A DNA stretch of 51,502 nucleotides from Escherichia coli (GTDB taxonomy: Bacteria; Pseudomonadota; Gammaproteobacteria; Enterobacterales; Enterobacteriaceae), in assembly GCF_048403405.1 (NCBI RefSeq), contig NZ_CP183133.1, one strand, 5' to 3'. Position numbers and translations under genes: made by a program. Shown here piece after piece: positions 1-8,920 of this stretch. The notes under the pieces were generated by a model, which made no database searches, was not told the DNA's origin, and worked only from the letters and a program-made list of their open reading frames with translations. Every line of letters starts with the position of its first letter. Position 1 is the first letter of the stretch.

Positions 1-812
1 GTTCATGAGTAATCCCGGTGAGATAGCGGCTTTTGGCCTGATTAGCATCGTCGGCATCTTCCTTTGCCTGCTGCAATTGCCGGTCCGTCGCTTCATGGGC
101 AATAATTTCTTTCATCAGACGGTCGCTTTGCAGGCGCAATTCCTCTTGCGCAATCTGGCGACTTTTATTTGTCAGGACAAATAGCCAGGTGGTGACGCCG
201 GTTACGATAAGCAGGATAAAAAAAACTTTCCATAACGCCGCGGCGAGAAGGTCCTGCTCGCTGCCGAATTCATCGCGCATCTGAGCGAAAACCAGCATCA
301 AAAGCAGACCGATGACGGAACTGAATAACAGCAAAATGCTGATAAAACTCCACACTCTGGGATCAATTTTGCGTAATGATTTTTCTTTAATAAATATCCC
401 GATAAGCTTTGAAGCCTGTTCCGTATAGCGCGCATGAGGTTTGCAAGTATCGTTGCACTGGACATCGAGAGAACAACATAGTGAGCAAATACTGCCCTGA
501 TAAAAAGGACAATAGCTCATCTCTGGTTTTTCAAAATAATTACCGCAGACACAGCATTCCGTTGCCGTGACCTGCACCGGCGTCCGGGAAAAATAGTAAC
601 GTCCGCGAGTCAGCCAGGCGATGAAGGGGGCGGTGATAAACGTCAGACACAACGATAACATTGAGGCAAAAACCTGTAGAGGATGACCAAGCCATCCCAT
701 CCAGGCTGAGAGACCGCAGAGCATGGCGAGCGTCATCGAACCGATGCCGACAGGATTGATATCGTAGAGATAGGCCCGGCGAAACTCTATTTCCGCTGGT
801 CGTAATTTAAGC
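1..812 (-). pseudogene. Sensor histidine kinase, membrane-sensor portion; 5' end removed by IS26; continues in frame from 50160..51502 across the window junction
   Basis: Minus-strand frame is open from 811 to 1 with no stop; four predicted TM helices, a Cys-rich segment (CCVCGNYFEKPEMSYCPFYQGSICSLCCSLDVQCNDTCKP) and the start of an H-box (SRYLTGITHE) that completes as ITHELRTPLN when joined to the window end. Abuts the IS26 IR at 813. Confidence 0.6.
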
Positions 813-1632
813 GGCACTGTTGCAAAGTTAGCGATGAGGCAGCCTTTTGTCTTATTCAAAGGCCTTACATTTCAAAAACTCTGCTTACCAGGCGCATTTC
901 GCCCAGGGGATCACCATAATAAAATGCTGAGGCCTGGCCTTTGCGTAGTGCACGCATCACCTCAATACCTTTGATGGTGGCGTAAGCCGTCTTCATGGAT
1001 TTAAATCCCAGCGTGGCGCCGATTATCCGTTTCAGTTTGCCATGATCGCATTCAATCACGTTGTTCCGGTACTTAATCTGTCGGTGTTCAACGTCAGACG
1101 GGCACCGGCCTTCGCGTTTGAGCAGAGCAAGCGCGCGACCATAGGCGGGCGCTTTATCCGTGTTGATGAATCGCGGGATCTGCCACTTCTTCACGTTGTT
1201 GAGGATTTTACCCAGAAACCGGTATGCAGCTTTGCTGTTACGACGGGAGGAGAGATAAAAATCGACAGTGCGGCCCCGGCTGTCGACGGCCCGGTACAGA
1301 TACGCCCAGCGGCCATTGACCTTCACGTAGGTTTCATCCATGTGCCACGGGCAAAGATCGGAAGGGTTACGCCAGTACCAGCGCAGCCGTTTTTCCATTT
1401 CAGGCGCATAACGCTGAACCCAGCGGTAAATCGTGGAGTGATCGACATTCACTCCGCGTTCAGCCAGCATCTCCTGCAGCTCACGGTAACTGATGCCGTA
1501 TTTGCAGTACCAGCGTACGGCCCACAGAATGATGTCACGCTGAAAATGCCGGCCTTTGAATGGGTTCATGTGCAGCTCCATCAGCAAAAGGGGATGATAA
1601 GTTTATCACCACCGACTATTTGCAACAGTGCC
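813..1632 (-). mobile_element. IS26 (IS6 family), copy 1, 820 bp
   Basis: Terminal 14-bp IRs GGCACTGTTGCAAA at 813-826 and TTTGCAACAGTGCC at 1619-1632; encodes Tnp26. Flanking 8-mers differ (ATTTAAGC / ACGCACGT), so no direct target duplication. Confidence 0.95.
865..1569 (-). CDS. tnpA: IS26 transposase Tnp26 (234 aa)
   Basis: ORF-track protein MNPFKGRHFQRDIILWAVRWYCKYGISYRELQEMLAERG... matches IS26 transposase as I recall it; start taken at the MNPFKG methionine inside the 240-aa ORF. Confidence 0.9.
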   Translation of the reverse strand: MNPFKGRHFQRDIILWAVRWYCKYGISYRELQEMLAERGVNVDHSTIYRWVQRYAPEMEKRLRWYWRNPSDLCPWHMDETYVKVNGRWAYLYRAVDSRGRTVDFYLSSRRNSKAAYRFLGKILNNVKKWQIPRFINTDKAPAYGRALALLKREGRCPSDVEHRQIKYRNNVIECDHGKLKRIIGATLGFKSMKTAYATIKGIEVMRALRKGQASAFYYGDPLGEMRLVSRVFEM

Positions 1633-1950
1633 ACGCACGTCGTAGTCCGCATCACTAGCCCAGGCGACGCTTGAAAGAACAACGCCGGTGGTGCTTATCC
1701 CGGCCATGACAAGCGTGCTTACGCCGCGCGTCCGAAGGTCGGCGTCGAGCGCCGTGCCATAAAAGACGCTGGCTCGCGGACATGCATAGAAAAGGTCGCC
1801 CCGTTCGATCGCAAGCCCTTCGACGGGCAGACCGGTGCGAAATCGTCCGCTCGGGAGATACGGTGAGATTTGGCGATTCGTCGCCGGCGGCGCATGTTCA
1901 TACTCTTCGCCGAGCGAAAAGTTGGGGAACAGCACGGGCCGGCCGCGCAA
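1633..1950 (-). pseudogene. Isochorismatase-family hydrolase, internal fragment
   Basis: Translation ...GTALDADLRTRGVSTLVMAGISTTGVVLSSVAWASDADYDV resembles the isochorismatase/cysteine-hydrolase core; runs into IS26 on one side and the tnpA fragment on the other. Confidence 0.4.
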
Positions 1951-1959
1951 GGCGTGCTG

Positions 1960-3690
1960 GCAGCCGTGCAGACCCTGCGTGAGATGAACGCCGACAACCT
2001 GCGCAAGGTGCCGGCCGATGCACCCACGGCCTTCATCAAGCCGCGCTGGAAGCCGCTGGTGATCACCCCGGAAGGCCTCGACCGGAAATTCTACGAAATC
2101 TGCGCCCTGTCCGAGCTGAAGAACGCCCTGCGCTCGGGCGACATCTGGGTCAAGGGCTCGCGGCAGTTCCGCGACTTCGACGACTACCTGCTGCCGGCCG
2201 AGAAGTTCGCCGCACTCAAGCGCGAGCAGGCCCTGCCCCTGGCGATCAACCCGAACAGCGACCAGTACCTGGAAGAGCGTTTGCAGCTGCTGGACGAGCA
2301 GTTGGCCACCGTCACCCGCCTGGCCAAGGACAACGAGCTGCCCGATGCCATCCTCACCGAGTCAGGGCTGAAAATCACCCCGCTGGATGCGGCGGTGCCG
2401 GATCGGGCGCAGGCGCTGATCGACCAAACCAGCCAGTTACTGCCGCGCATCAAGATCACCGAACTGCTGATGGACGTGGACGACTGGACGGGCTTCAGCC
2501 GCCACTTCACCCACTTGAAGGACGGGGCCGAGGCCAAAGACAGGACGTTGCTGCTGTCCGCAATCCTCGGTGATGCGATCAACCTCGGGCTGACCAAGAT
2601 GGCCGAGTCGAGCCCCGGCCTGACCTACGCCAAGCTGTCCTGGCTGCAAGCCTGGCACATCCGCGACGAAACCTATTCGGCGGCCTTGGCCGAGCTGGTC
2701 AACCACCAGTATCGCCACGCCTTTGCCGCCCACTGGGGCGACGGCACGACCTCATCCTCCGATGGCCAGCGCTTCCGCGCGGGTGACCGGGGCGAGAGCA
2801 CCGGGCACGTCAACCCGAAGTACGGTAGCGAGCCGGGACGGCTGTTCTATACCCATATCTCCGACCAGTACGCGCCGTTCAGCACCCGCGTGGTGAATGT
2901 CGGCGTCCGCGATTCCACCTATGTGCTCGACGGCCTGCTGTACCACGAGTCCGACCTGCGGATCGAGGAGCACTACACCGACACGGCCGGCTTCACCGAT
3001 CACGTCTTTGCCCTGATGCACCTGCTAGGCTTCCGCTTCGCGCCGCGCATCCGCGACCTCGGCGAAACCAAGCTGTACGTGCCGCAGGGCGTGCAAGCCT
3101 ACCCGACGTTGCGCCCGCTGATCGGCGGCACCCTGAACATCAAGCACGTGCGTGCCCACTGGGACGACATCCTGCGCCTGGCCAGCTCGATCAAGCAGGG
3201 CACCGTCACCGCCTCGCTGATGCTGCGCAAGCTCGGCAGCTACCCGCGCCAGAACGGACTGGCCGTGGCCCTGCGCGAGCTGGGCCGGATCGAGCGCACG
3301 CTGTTCATCCTGGACTGGCTGCAAAGTGTTGAACTGCGCCGCCGCGTGCATGCCGGCCTGAACAAAGGTGAGGCGCGCAACTCGCTGGCCAGGGCGGTGT
3401 TCTTCAACCGCCTTGGGGAAATCAGGGATCGGAGCTTCGAGCAGCAGCGCTACCGGGCCAGCGGCCTCAACCTGGTGACGGCGGCTATCGTGCTGTGGAA
3501 CACGGTGTACCTGGAACGCGCCACCCAGGGGTTGGTCGAGGCCGGCAAGCCGGTGGACGGCGAGCTGCTGCAATTCCTGTCGCCGCTGGGCTGGGAGCAC
3601 ATCAACCTAACCGGCGATTACGTCTGGCGGCAGAGCCGCAGACTGGAAGACGGGAAGTTTCGGCCCTTACGGATGCCCGGAAAACCTTAG
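1960..3690 (+). pseudogene. tnpA: Tn3-family transposase TnpA, C-terminal ~575 aa (5'-truncated)
   Basis: 606-aa ORF translation (…[38 protein letters not shown]…[23 protein letters not shown]) is typical of the Tn3/Tn21-family TnpA C-terminus; stop at 3688-3690 lies inside the terminal IR. Confidence 0.85.
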
Positions 3691-3723
3691 CGTACGATTT
3701 TTTCCGAATTCTGCGGGCTCCCC
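3686..3723. repeat. 38-bp Tn3-family terminal inverted repeat (outer tip GGGG at 3720-3723)
   Basis: CTTAGCGTACGATTTTTTCCGAATTCTGCGGGCTCCCC; reverse complement GGGGAGCCCGCAGAATTCGGAAAAAATCGTACGCTAAG has the Tn3-family IR pattern (GGGG...ACGCTAAG) and overlaps the tnpA stop. Confidence 0.7.
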
Positions 3724-4626
3724 GTGCACGGCAAGTGAACTCCGGCCCCTGGTCAGTTCTTATCGTCGCCGGATAGCCTCGAAACAGTGCAATGCTGTCC
3801 AGAATACGCGAGACCTGAACGCCTGAAATCCCAAAGGCAACAGTGACCGTCAGGCATTCCTTTGTGAAATCATCGACGCAGGTAAGACACTTGATCCTGC
3901 GACCGGTGGAAAGTGCGTCCATGACGAAATCCATCGACCAGGTCAGATTGGGCGCCGCCGGACGGAGCAGCGGCAGACGTTCTGTTGCCAGCCCTTTACG
4001 ACGTCTTCTGCGTTTTACGCCCAGGCCACTGAGGTGATAAAGCCGGTACACGCGCTTATGATTAACATGAAGCCCTTCACGGCGCAGCAACTGCCAGATA
4101 CGACGGTAGCCAAAACGCCTGCGCTCCAGTGCCAGCTCAGTGATGCGCCCTGATAAATGCGCATCAGCAGCCGGACGGTGAGCCTCATAGCGGCAGGTCG
4201 ACAGGGATAAACCTGTAAGCCTGCAGGCACGACGTTGCGACAGACCCTTAGCCTCGCACATGACTTCCACGGCTTCCCGCTTCTGGTCTGTCGTCAGTAC
4301 TTTCGCCCAAGAGCCACCTGAAGCGCCTCTTTATCCAGCATGGCTTCGGCAAGCAGCTTCTTGAGTCTGGCGTTCTCTTCCTCAAGCGACTTCAGACGCT
4401 TAACTTCAGGCACCTCCATACCGCCATACTTCTTACGCCAGGTGTAAACGTGGCATCGGAAATGGCATGCTTGCGGCAGAGTTCACGGGCGGGTACCCCA
4501 GCTTCGGCTTCGCGGAGATATTGATGATCTGTTCGTCGGAAAAACGCTTCTTCATGGGGATGTCCTCATGTGGCTTATGAAGACATTACTAACATCGGGG
4601 TGTACTAATCAACGGGGAGCAGGTCA
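3724..4626 (-). mobile_element. IS3-family (IS407-group-like) element, left part: IRL, orfA with a 1-nt deletion, 5' portion of orfB; cut by the Tn3-family IR
   Basis: orfA-like translation MKKRFSDEQIINILREAEAG...(frameshift near TFYTWRKKY)...; orfB 5' part MEVMCEAKGLSQRRACRLTGL...TDQGPEFTC; terminal TGACCTGCTCCCC read on the minus strand at 4614-4626. Confidence 0.7.
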
Positions 4627-5055
4627 GGCTCTGTGAATAACTCAATGAGGCCTTCGCTTACAGCGGCCGCACGCGTCCGCGTCGCTCAGATAAAAGTAGC
4701 TCCCATCGCTTCGCGTCGGGCCCCAGCGGAAGAACTGCATTAGTTACAGCATTCAAAAGAAAATTCATCATAAAACCGGCGCCGGTTTGCCGGCCAGGAG
4801 CCCCTCCCCACCACTGAAAAGCGCCGCCGCCCCCGGCCGAAGGCCGGGAGTGATGTCGCTTTTAATGATGGGTGTTGTAACTACTCTTCGTCATCTCTGT
4901 GAGTAGTGTCGCGGTAAGTTCTGGGATACACGCTCGTAAGCGGCCCTAACGGCCCGCTAACGCGGAGATACGCCCCGACTGCGGCTGTCGCCTTGCCGGG
5001 ACCACTCCGACCGCGTACAGAGGCATCTGAGCCGTTTTTAGCGGGTATAGCTTTG

Positions 5056-5180
5056 CAGGGAAGGGGGTGGGTGAGGCAGAACCTGTCAAAACAGCAGCCG
5101 GCTGCGCCGGGCGACGGCGCCATTTACCCGCAGTACTCCATTCAACTTCAGCTGGCGCCTCCATGCCGCTGACGCGGCAT
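5056..5180 (+). other. Conserved structured element, copy A (hairpin ATGCCGC-TGA-GCGGCAT), 35 bp upstream of an MCGRF start codon
   Basis: Shares CAGG(G/A)AAGGGGG...GGCGCCATTT...CTGGCGCCTCCATGCCGC...GCGGCAT with 45065-45188 and, reverse-complemented, with 8433-8512. Confidence 0.35.
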
Positions 5181-5215
5181 TATCTATACTTTAAGTCTGG
5201 CCACTGGAGGTAACC

Positions 5216-5300
5216 ATGTGCGGACGTTTTTCTCAGTCTATGACGCGGGAAGAGTATCTTTCTCTCCTCGCCAATGAAGCCGATCGAAATATTGCCTACG
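5216..5300 (+). pseudogene. SRAP (YedK-like, SOS-response-associated peptidase) gene start, truncated by IS903
   Basis: ATG at 5216 gives MCGRFSQSMTREEYLSLLANEADRNIAY; the MCGRF N-terminus with catalytic Cys2 is characteristic of SRAP proteins; ends at the IS903 IR (5301). Confidence 0.5.
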
Positions 5301-6357
5301 GGCTTTGTTGAATAAATCAGATTTCGGGTAAGTCTCCCCCGTAGCGGGTTGTGTTTTCAGGCAATACGCACGCTTTCAGGCATACCTGCTTTCGTCATTT
5401 TGTTCAGCGCTCGTACCAGGGCCATAGCCTCCGCAACCTGACCATCGTAGTCACGCAGCGTCAGTGAACCCCCGAACAGCTGTTTTACCCGGTACATCGC
5501 CGTTTCCGCTATCGAGCGACGGTTGTAATCTGTTGTCCATTTCCACCGCGCATTACTCCCGGTCATTCGCTGATTCGCAACAGCACGGTTACGGTCTGCA
5601 TATTCACCGGGCCAGTAACCCGCGCCTTTTCGGGGTGGGATAAGCGCGCTGATTTTCTTACGCCGCAGTTCATCGTGACAGAGCCGGGTGTCGTAAGCGC
5701 CGTCTGCCGATGCTGCCCTGATTTTTCTGTGAGTCTGCCGGATAAGACCCGGGAAGGCTTCTGAGTCCGTCACATTGTTCAGCGACAGGTCTGCACAGAT
5801 GATTTCATGTGTGTTGCTGTCAACTGCCAGATGCAGCTTACGCCAGATACGGCGGCGTTCCTGACCATGCTTTTTGACTTTCCACTCGCCTTCACCGAAG
5901 ACCTTCAGCCCGGTGGAATCAATTACCAGGTGTGCGATTTCACCCCGGGTGGGCGTTTTGAAACTGATATTAACCGACTTTGCCCGCCTGCTGACACAGC
6001 TGTAATCCGGGCAGCGTAGCGGAACGTTCATCAGAGAAAAAATGGAATCAATAAAGCCCTGCGCAGCGCGCAGGGTCAGCCTGAATACGCGTTTAATGAC
6101 CAGCACAGTCGTGATGGCAAGGTCAGAATAGCGCTGAGGTCTGCCTCGTGAAGAAGGTGTTGCTGACTCATACCAGGCCTGAATAGCTTCATCATCCAGC
6201 CAGAAAGTTATGGAGCCACGGTTGATGAGGGCTTTATTGTAGGTGGGCCAGTTGGTTATTTTGAACTTTTGCTTTGCCACGGAACGGTCTGCGTTGTCGG
6301 GAAGATGCGTGATCTGATCCTTCAACTCAGCAAAAGTTCGATTTATTCAACAAAGCC
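5301..6357 (-). mobile_element. IS903 (IS5 family), copy 1, 1057 bp
   Basis: 18-bp terminal IRs GGCTTTGTTGAATAAATC at 5301-5318 and inverted at 6340-6357; flanking 9-mers differ. Confidence 0.9.
5357..6280 (-). CDS. tnpA: IS903 transposase (307 aa, GTG start inside the 322-aa ORF)
   Basis: ORF translation ...[43 protein letters not shown]... matches IS903 transposase as I recall it. Confidence 0.85.
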   Translation of the reverse strand: MAKQKFKITNWPTYNKALINRGSITFWLDDEAIQAWYESATPSSRGRPQRYSDLAITTVLVIKRVFRLTLRAAQGFIDSIFSLMNVPLRCPDYSCVSRRAKSVNISFKTPTRGEIAHLVIDSTGLKVFGEGEWKVKKHGQERRRIWRKLHLAVDSNTHEIICADLSLNNVTDSEAFPGLIRQTHRKIRAASADGAYDTRLCHDELRRKKISALIPPRKGAGYWPGEYADRNRAVANQRMTGSNARWKWTTDYNRRSIAETAMYRVKQLFGGSLTLRDYDGQVAEAMALVRALNKMTKAGMPESVRIA

Positions 6358-6660
6358 CATTCAGTCCTCAATTTGTGCATTTTTTAAACGAAAAAAGGGT
6401 GTCTAATACGGTGAAATCATAGTATTACCAAAGTAATAAATAAAAAGTTATTTAAATCAGTAATTTAGATTTGATTTGTAATACCTGGGTAATACCGCAG
6501 CATGGCTAAATTTTGTTTTTTTTCTTTTAAATCAGTGCGATAGCGTGATTTATCACGCTGCGTTAGGTGTATAGCAGGTTAAGGGATAAAAAATCATCTT
6601 TTTTTGGTAGGGCGATCTCCGTAGGTTAAGGGGCATTTGGCTAAAAAGCGTCCTATTCTT

Positions 6661-6847
6661 TGATGGTCATGCTTGCATGACCATCTGAGCAACCAAAAAC
6701 TACAGATAAACTACAGATAAACTACAAAAAACGTTTTGCCTTAGTGTTGTAAGACTACAAATAGACTACAATAAAACTACAAATAAACTACAAAAAACGT
6801 GACAGACTACAAATAGACTACAATAAAACTACAGATAAACTACAAAA
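6661..6847. repeat. Regulatory repeat region: perfect palindrome GATGGTCATGC/GCATGACCATC (6661-6684) plus about 11 direct 11-bp units ACTACA(A/G)ATA(A/G)A in three clusters (6697-6847)
   Basis: Seen directly; AT-rich, immediately upstream of the HTH gene at 6906. Confidence 0.7.
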
Positions 6848-6905
6848 CTCGATTGACCCCTTCTTACGAGTGTTGTAGAGTCATTTTCATACAACGGAGG
6901 GGGTT

Positions 6906-7292
6906 ATGAATAAACCAGCAGATCTGAAACCCCGCAACTTATCGGCTGCTGTCAGATTGCGCCTAAATGAAATCGAGAACTGGCTGGACAGAGGGCTAAC
7001 GCGGCATGAAATTGCTGAAATCCTCGACAGCGAATACAGCTTTTCGGTAACAGCCAAAGGGCTTGAGATGGCACTGTATAGAACGCGGCAAAACCGAAAA
7101 AATGTATTGCACAATACGCATGATAAGAGTAGCGCGAAGGGTGCAGCGGAAAGTGTATTGCACAATACACAACCGTCTGAGCCTGAAGTGCAGGAAAGTA
7201 AAAAAGCAGAGAGTCCCGGCATTATTGATAAAGAATTCTTCAAGAAAATCGGTGAGAATTTCGACCCTAAGAAGTTCAACAAAAAATTCTGA
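6906..7292 (+). CDS. Small putative HTH DNA-binding protein (128 aa), function unknown
   Basis: RBS GGAGGGGG before ATG 6906; segment LTRHEIAEIL is HTH-like; coding sequence contains two copies of the near-palindrome GTATTGCACAATAC (7094-7107, 7155-7168). Confidence 0.55.
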   Translation: MNKPADLKPRNLSAAVRLRLNEIENWLDRGLTRHEIAEILDSEYSFSVTAKGLEMALYRTRQNRKNVLHNTHDKSSAKGAAESVLHNTQPSEPEVQESKKAESPGIIDKEFFKKIGENFDPKKFNKKF

Positions 7293-7300
7293 GGTGATTT

Positions 7301-7376
7301 ATGAAAGTAGCGGTAATTAATTACAGTGGCAGTGTTCGTAAAACCTTAATTTCATCTTACCTGTTAGCCCCGCGCG
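7301..7376 (+). pseudogene. ORF start (MKVAVINYSGSVRKTLISSYLLAPR) truncated by IS903 copy 2
   Basis: ATG 9 bp after the stop of the HTH gene; reading frame runs into the IS903 IR at 7377. Confidence 0.3.
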
Positions 7377-8432
7377 GCTTTGTTGAATAAATCAGATTTC
7401 GGGTAAGTCTCCCCCGTAGCGGGTTGTGTTTTCAGGCAATACGCACGCTTTCAGGCATACCTGCTTTCGTCATTTTGTTCAGCGCTCGTACCAGGGCCAT
7501 AGCCTCTGCAACCTGACCATCGTAGTCACGCAGTGTCAGTGAACCTCCGAACAGCTGTTTTACCCGGTACATCGCCGTTTCCGCTATCGAGCGACGGTTG
7601 TAATCTGTTGTCCATTTCCACCGCGCATTACTCCCGGTCAGCCGCTGATTCGCAACAGCACGGTTACGGTCTGCATATTCACCGGGCCAGTAACCCGCGC
7701 CTTTTCGGGGTGGGATAAGCGCGCTGATTTTCTTACGCCGCAGTTCATCGTGACAGAGCCGGGTGTCGTAAGCGCCGTCTGCCGATGCTGCCCTGATTTT
7801 TCTGTGAGTCTGCCGGATAAGACCCGGGAAGGCTTCTGAGTCCGTCACATTGTTCAGCGACAGGTTTGCACAGATGATTTCATGTGTGTTGCTGTCAACT
7901 GCCAGATGCAACTTTCGCCATATACGACGGCGTTCCTGGCCATGCTTTTTGACTTTCCATTCGCCTTCACCAAAGACCTTCAGCCCGGTGGAATCAATCA
8001 CCAGATGCGCGATTTCACCCCGGGTGAACGTTTTGAAACTGACATTAACCGACTTTGCGCGCTTGCTGACACTGGTGTAATCCGGGCAGCGCAACGGAAC
8101 ATTCATCAGTGTAAAAATGGAATCAATAAAACCCTGTGCAGCCCGCAGGGTCAACCTGAACACGCGTTTAATGACCAGAACGGTGGTGATGGCGAGATCA
8201 GAATAGCGCTGAGGTCTTCCCCGTGATGAAGGCGTTGCCGACTCATACCAGGCCTGAATAGCTTCATCATCCAGCCAGAAAGTTATGGAGCCACGGTTGA
8301 TGAGGGCTTTATTGTAGGTGGGCCAGTTGGTTATTTTGAACTTTTGCTTTGCCACGGAACGGTCTGCGTTGTCGGGAAGATGCGTGATCTGATCCTTCAA
8401 CTCAGCAAAAGTTCGATTTATTCAACAAAGCC
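7377..8432 (-). mobile_element. IS903, copy 2
   Basis: IRs GGCTTTGTTGAATAAATC at 7377-7394 and inverted at 8415-8432; about 98% identical to copy 1 by eye; no 9-bp target duplication. Confidence 0.9.
7432..8355 (-). CDS. tnpA: IS903 transposase
   Basis: 322-aa ORF nearly identical to copy 1. Confidence 0.85.
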   Translation of the reverse strand: MAKQKFKITNWPTYNKALINRGSITFWLDDEAIQAWYESATPSSRGRPQRYSDLAITTVLVIKRVFRLTLRAAQGFIDSIFTLMNVPLRCPDYTSVSKRAKSVNVSFKTFTRGEIAHLVIDSTGLKVFGEGEWKVKKHGQERRRIWRKLHLAVDSNTHEIICANLSLNNVTDSEAFPGLIRQTHRKIRAASADGAYDTRLCHDELRRKKISALIPPRKGAGYWPGEYADRNRAVANQRLTGSNARWKWTTDYNRRSIAETAMYRVKQLFGGSLTLRDYDGQVAEAMALVRALNKMTKAGMPESVRIA

Positions 8433-8512
8433 GTCTGTGTTGTAAAATGGCGCCGAAAGCCCGGCGTAGCCGGTTGCCGGGCTATAAATTCTGCCACCCT
8501 ACCCCCTGCCCT
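8433..8512 (-). other. Conserved structured element, copy C (5' half only; cut by IS903 copy 2)
   Basis: Reverse complement CAGGGCAGGGGGTAGGGTGGCAGAATTTATAGCCCGGCAACCGGCTACGCCGGGCTTTCGGCGCCATTTTACAACACAGACGG aligns with the 5' half of copy B (45065-45140). Confidence 0.35.
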
Positions 8513-8920
8513 GATTAGCCTTAACTCGCGAACAGCAATGAAGAAGTCAAAGTAATCCCTTTTAACCCCGGTGAGCGGGCTTTACGGCGTTTACGACGTA
8601 AAGGGCGTGATTTCCGGGGCCTAAGCGGCGGCAGCTTGCTGCTGACGCTTAGGGGGATGTTCATCAACTATTTCAGCGACACCAGGGAACTTAACACGGT
8701 AGCTGCAAAGCCCTAATCCCGCTCACCGCCACGCAGCTGCCGTACGTCCCCCACGGGGGTGCGCAGTGCTGCGCGCGGGAACGGCGGCCCGTCTGCGGGA
8801 CGCGGCGCCGTACTGCGCGTTAGCGGCCGCACGCGGCCGGTTACGGGGGACACTCCGCCATACGACCAGCGACCCGCTGAGCTGCACAATCCACAGATAA
8901 CACAAGCTACATACATGTCG

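Noticed and set aside
1042-1674. 210-aa ORF (MIAFNHVV…) antisense to the IS26 transposase, and its twin at 22423..23265
   Set aside because: Lies entirely antisense within the well-defined tnp gene; no independent start signals.
2184-3600. Minus-strand ORFs antisense to the Tn3-family tnpA (2184..2597, 2437..2733, 3025..3600)
   Set aside because: GC-rich antisense open frames with no homology signal.
4881-5164. Minus-strand ORFs 4881..5123 and 4946..5164
   Set aside because: They overlap structured element A and GC-rich hairpins; likely non-coding.
5301-8432. Simple insertions with 9-bp target duplications for the IS903 and IS1 copies
   Set aside because: Flanking 9-mers do not match for any copy, so these junctions reflect recombination or deletion events rather than fresh insertions.
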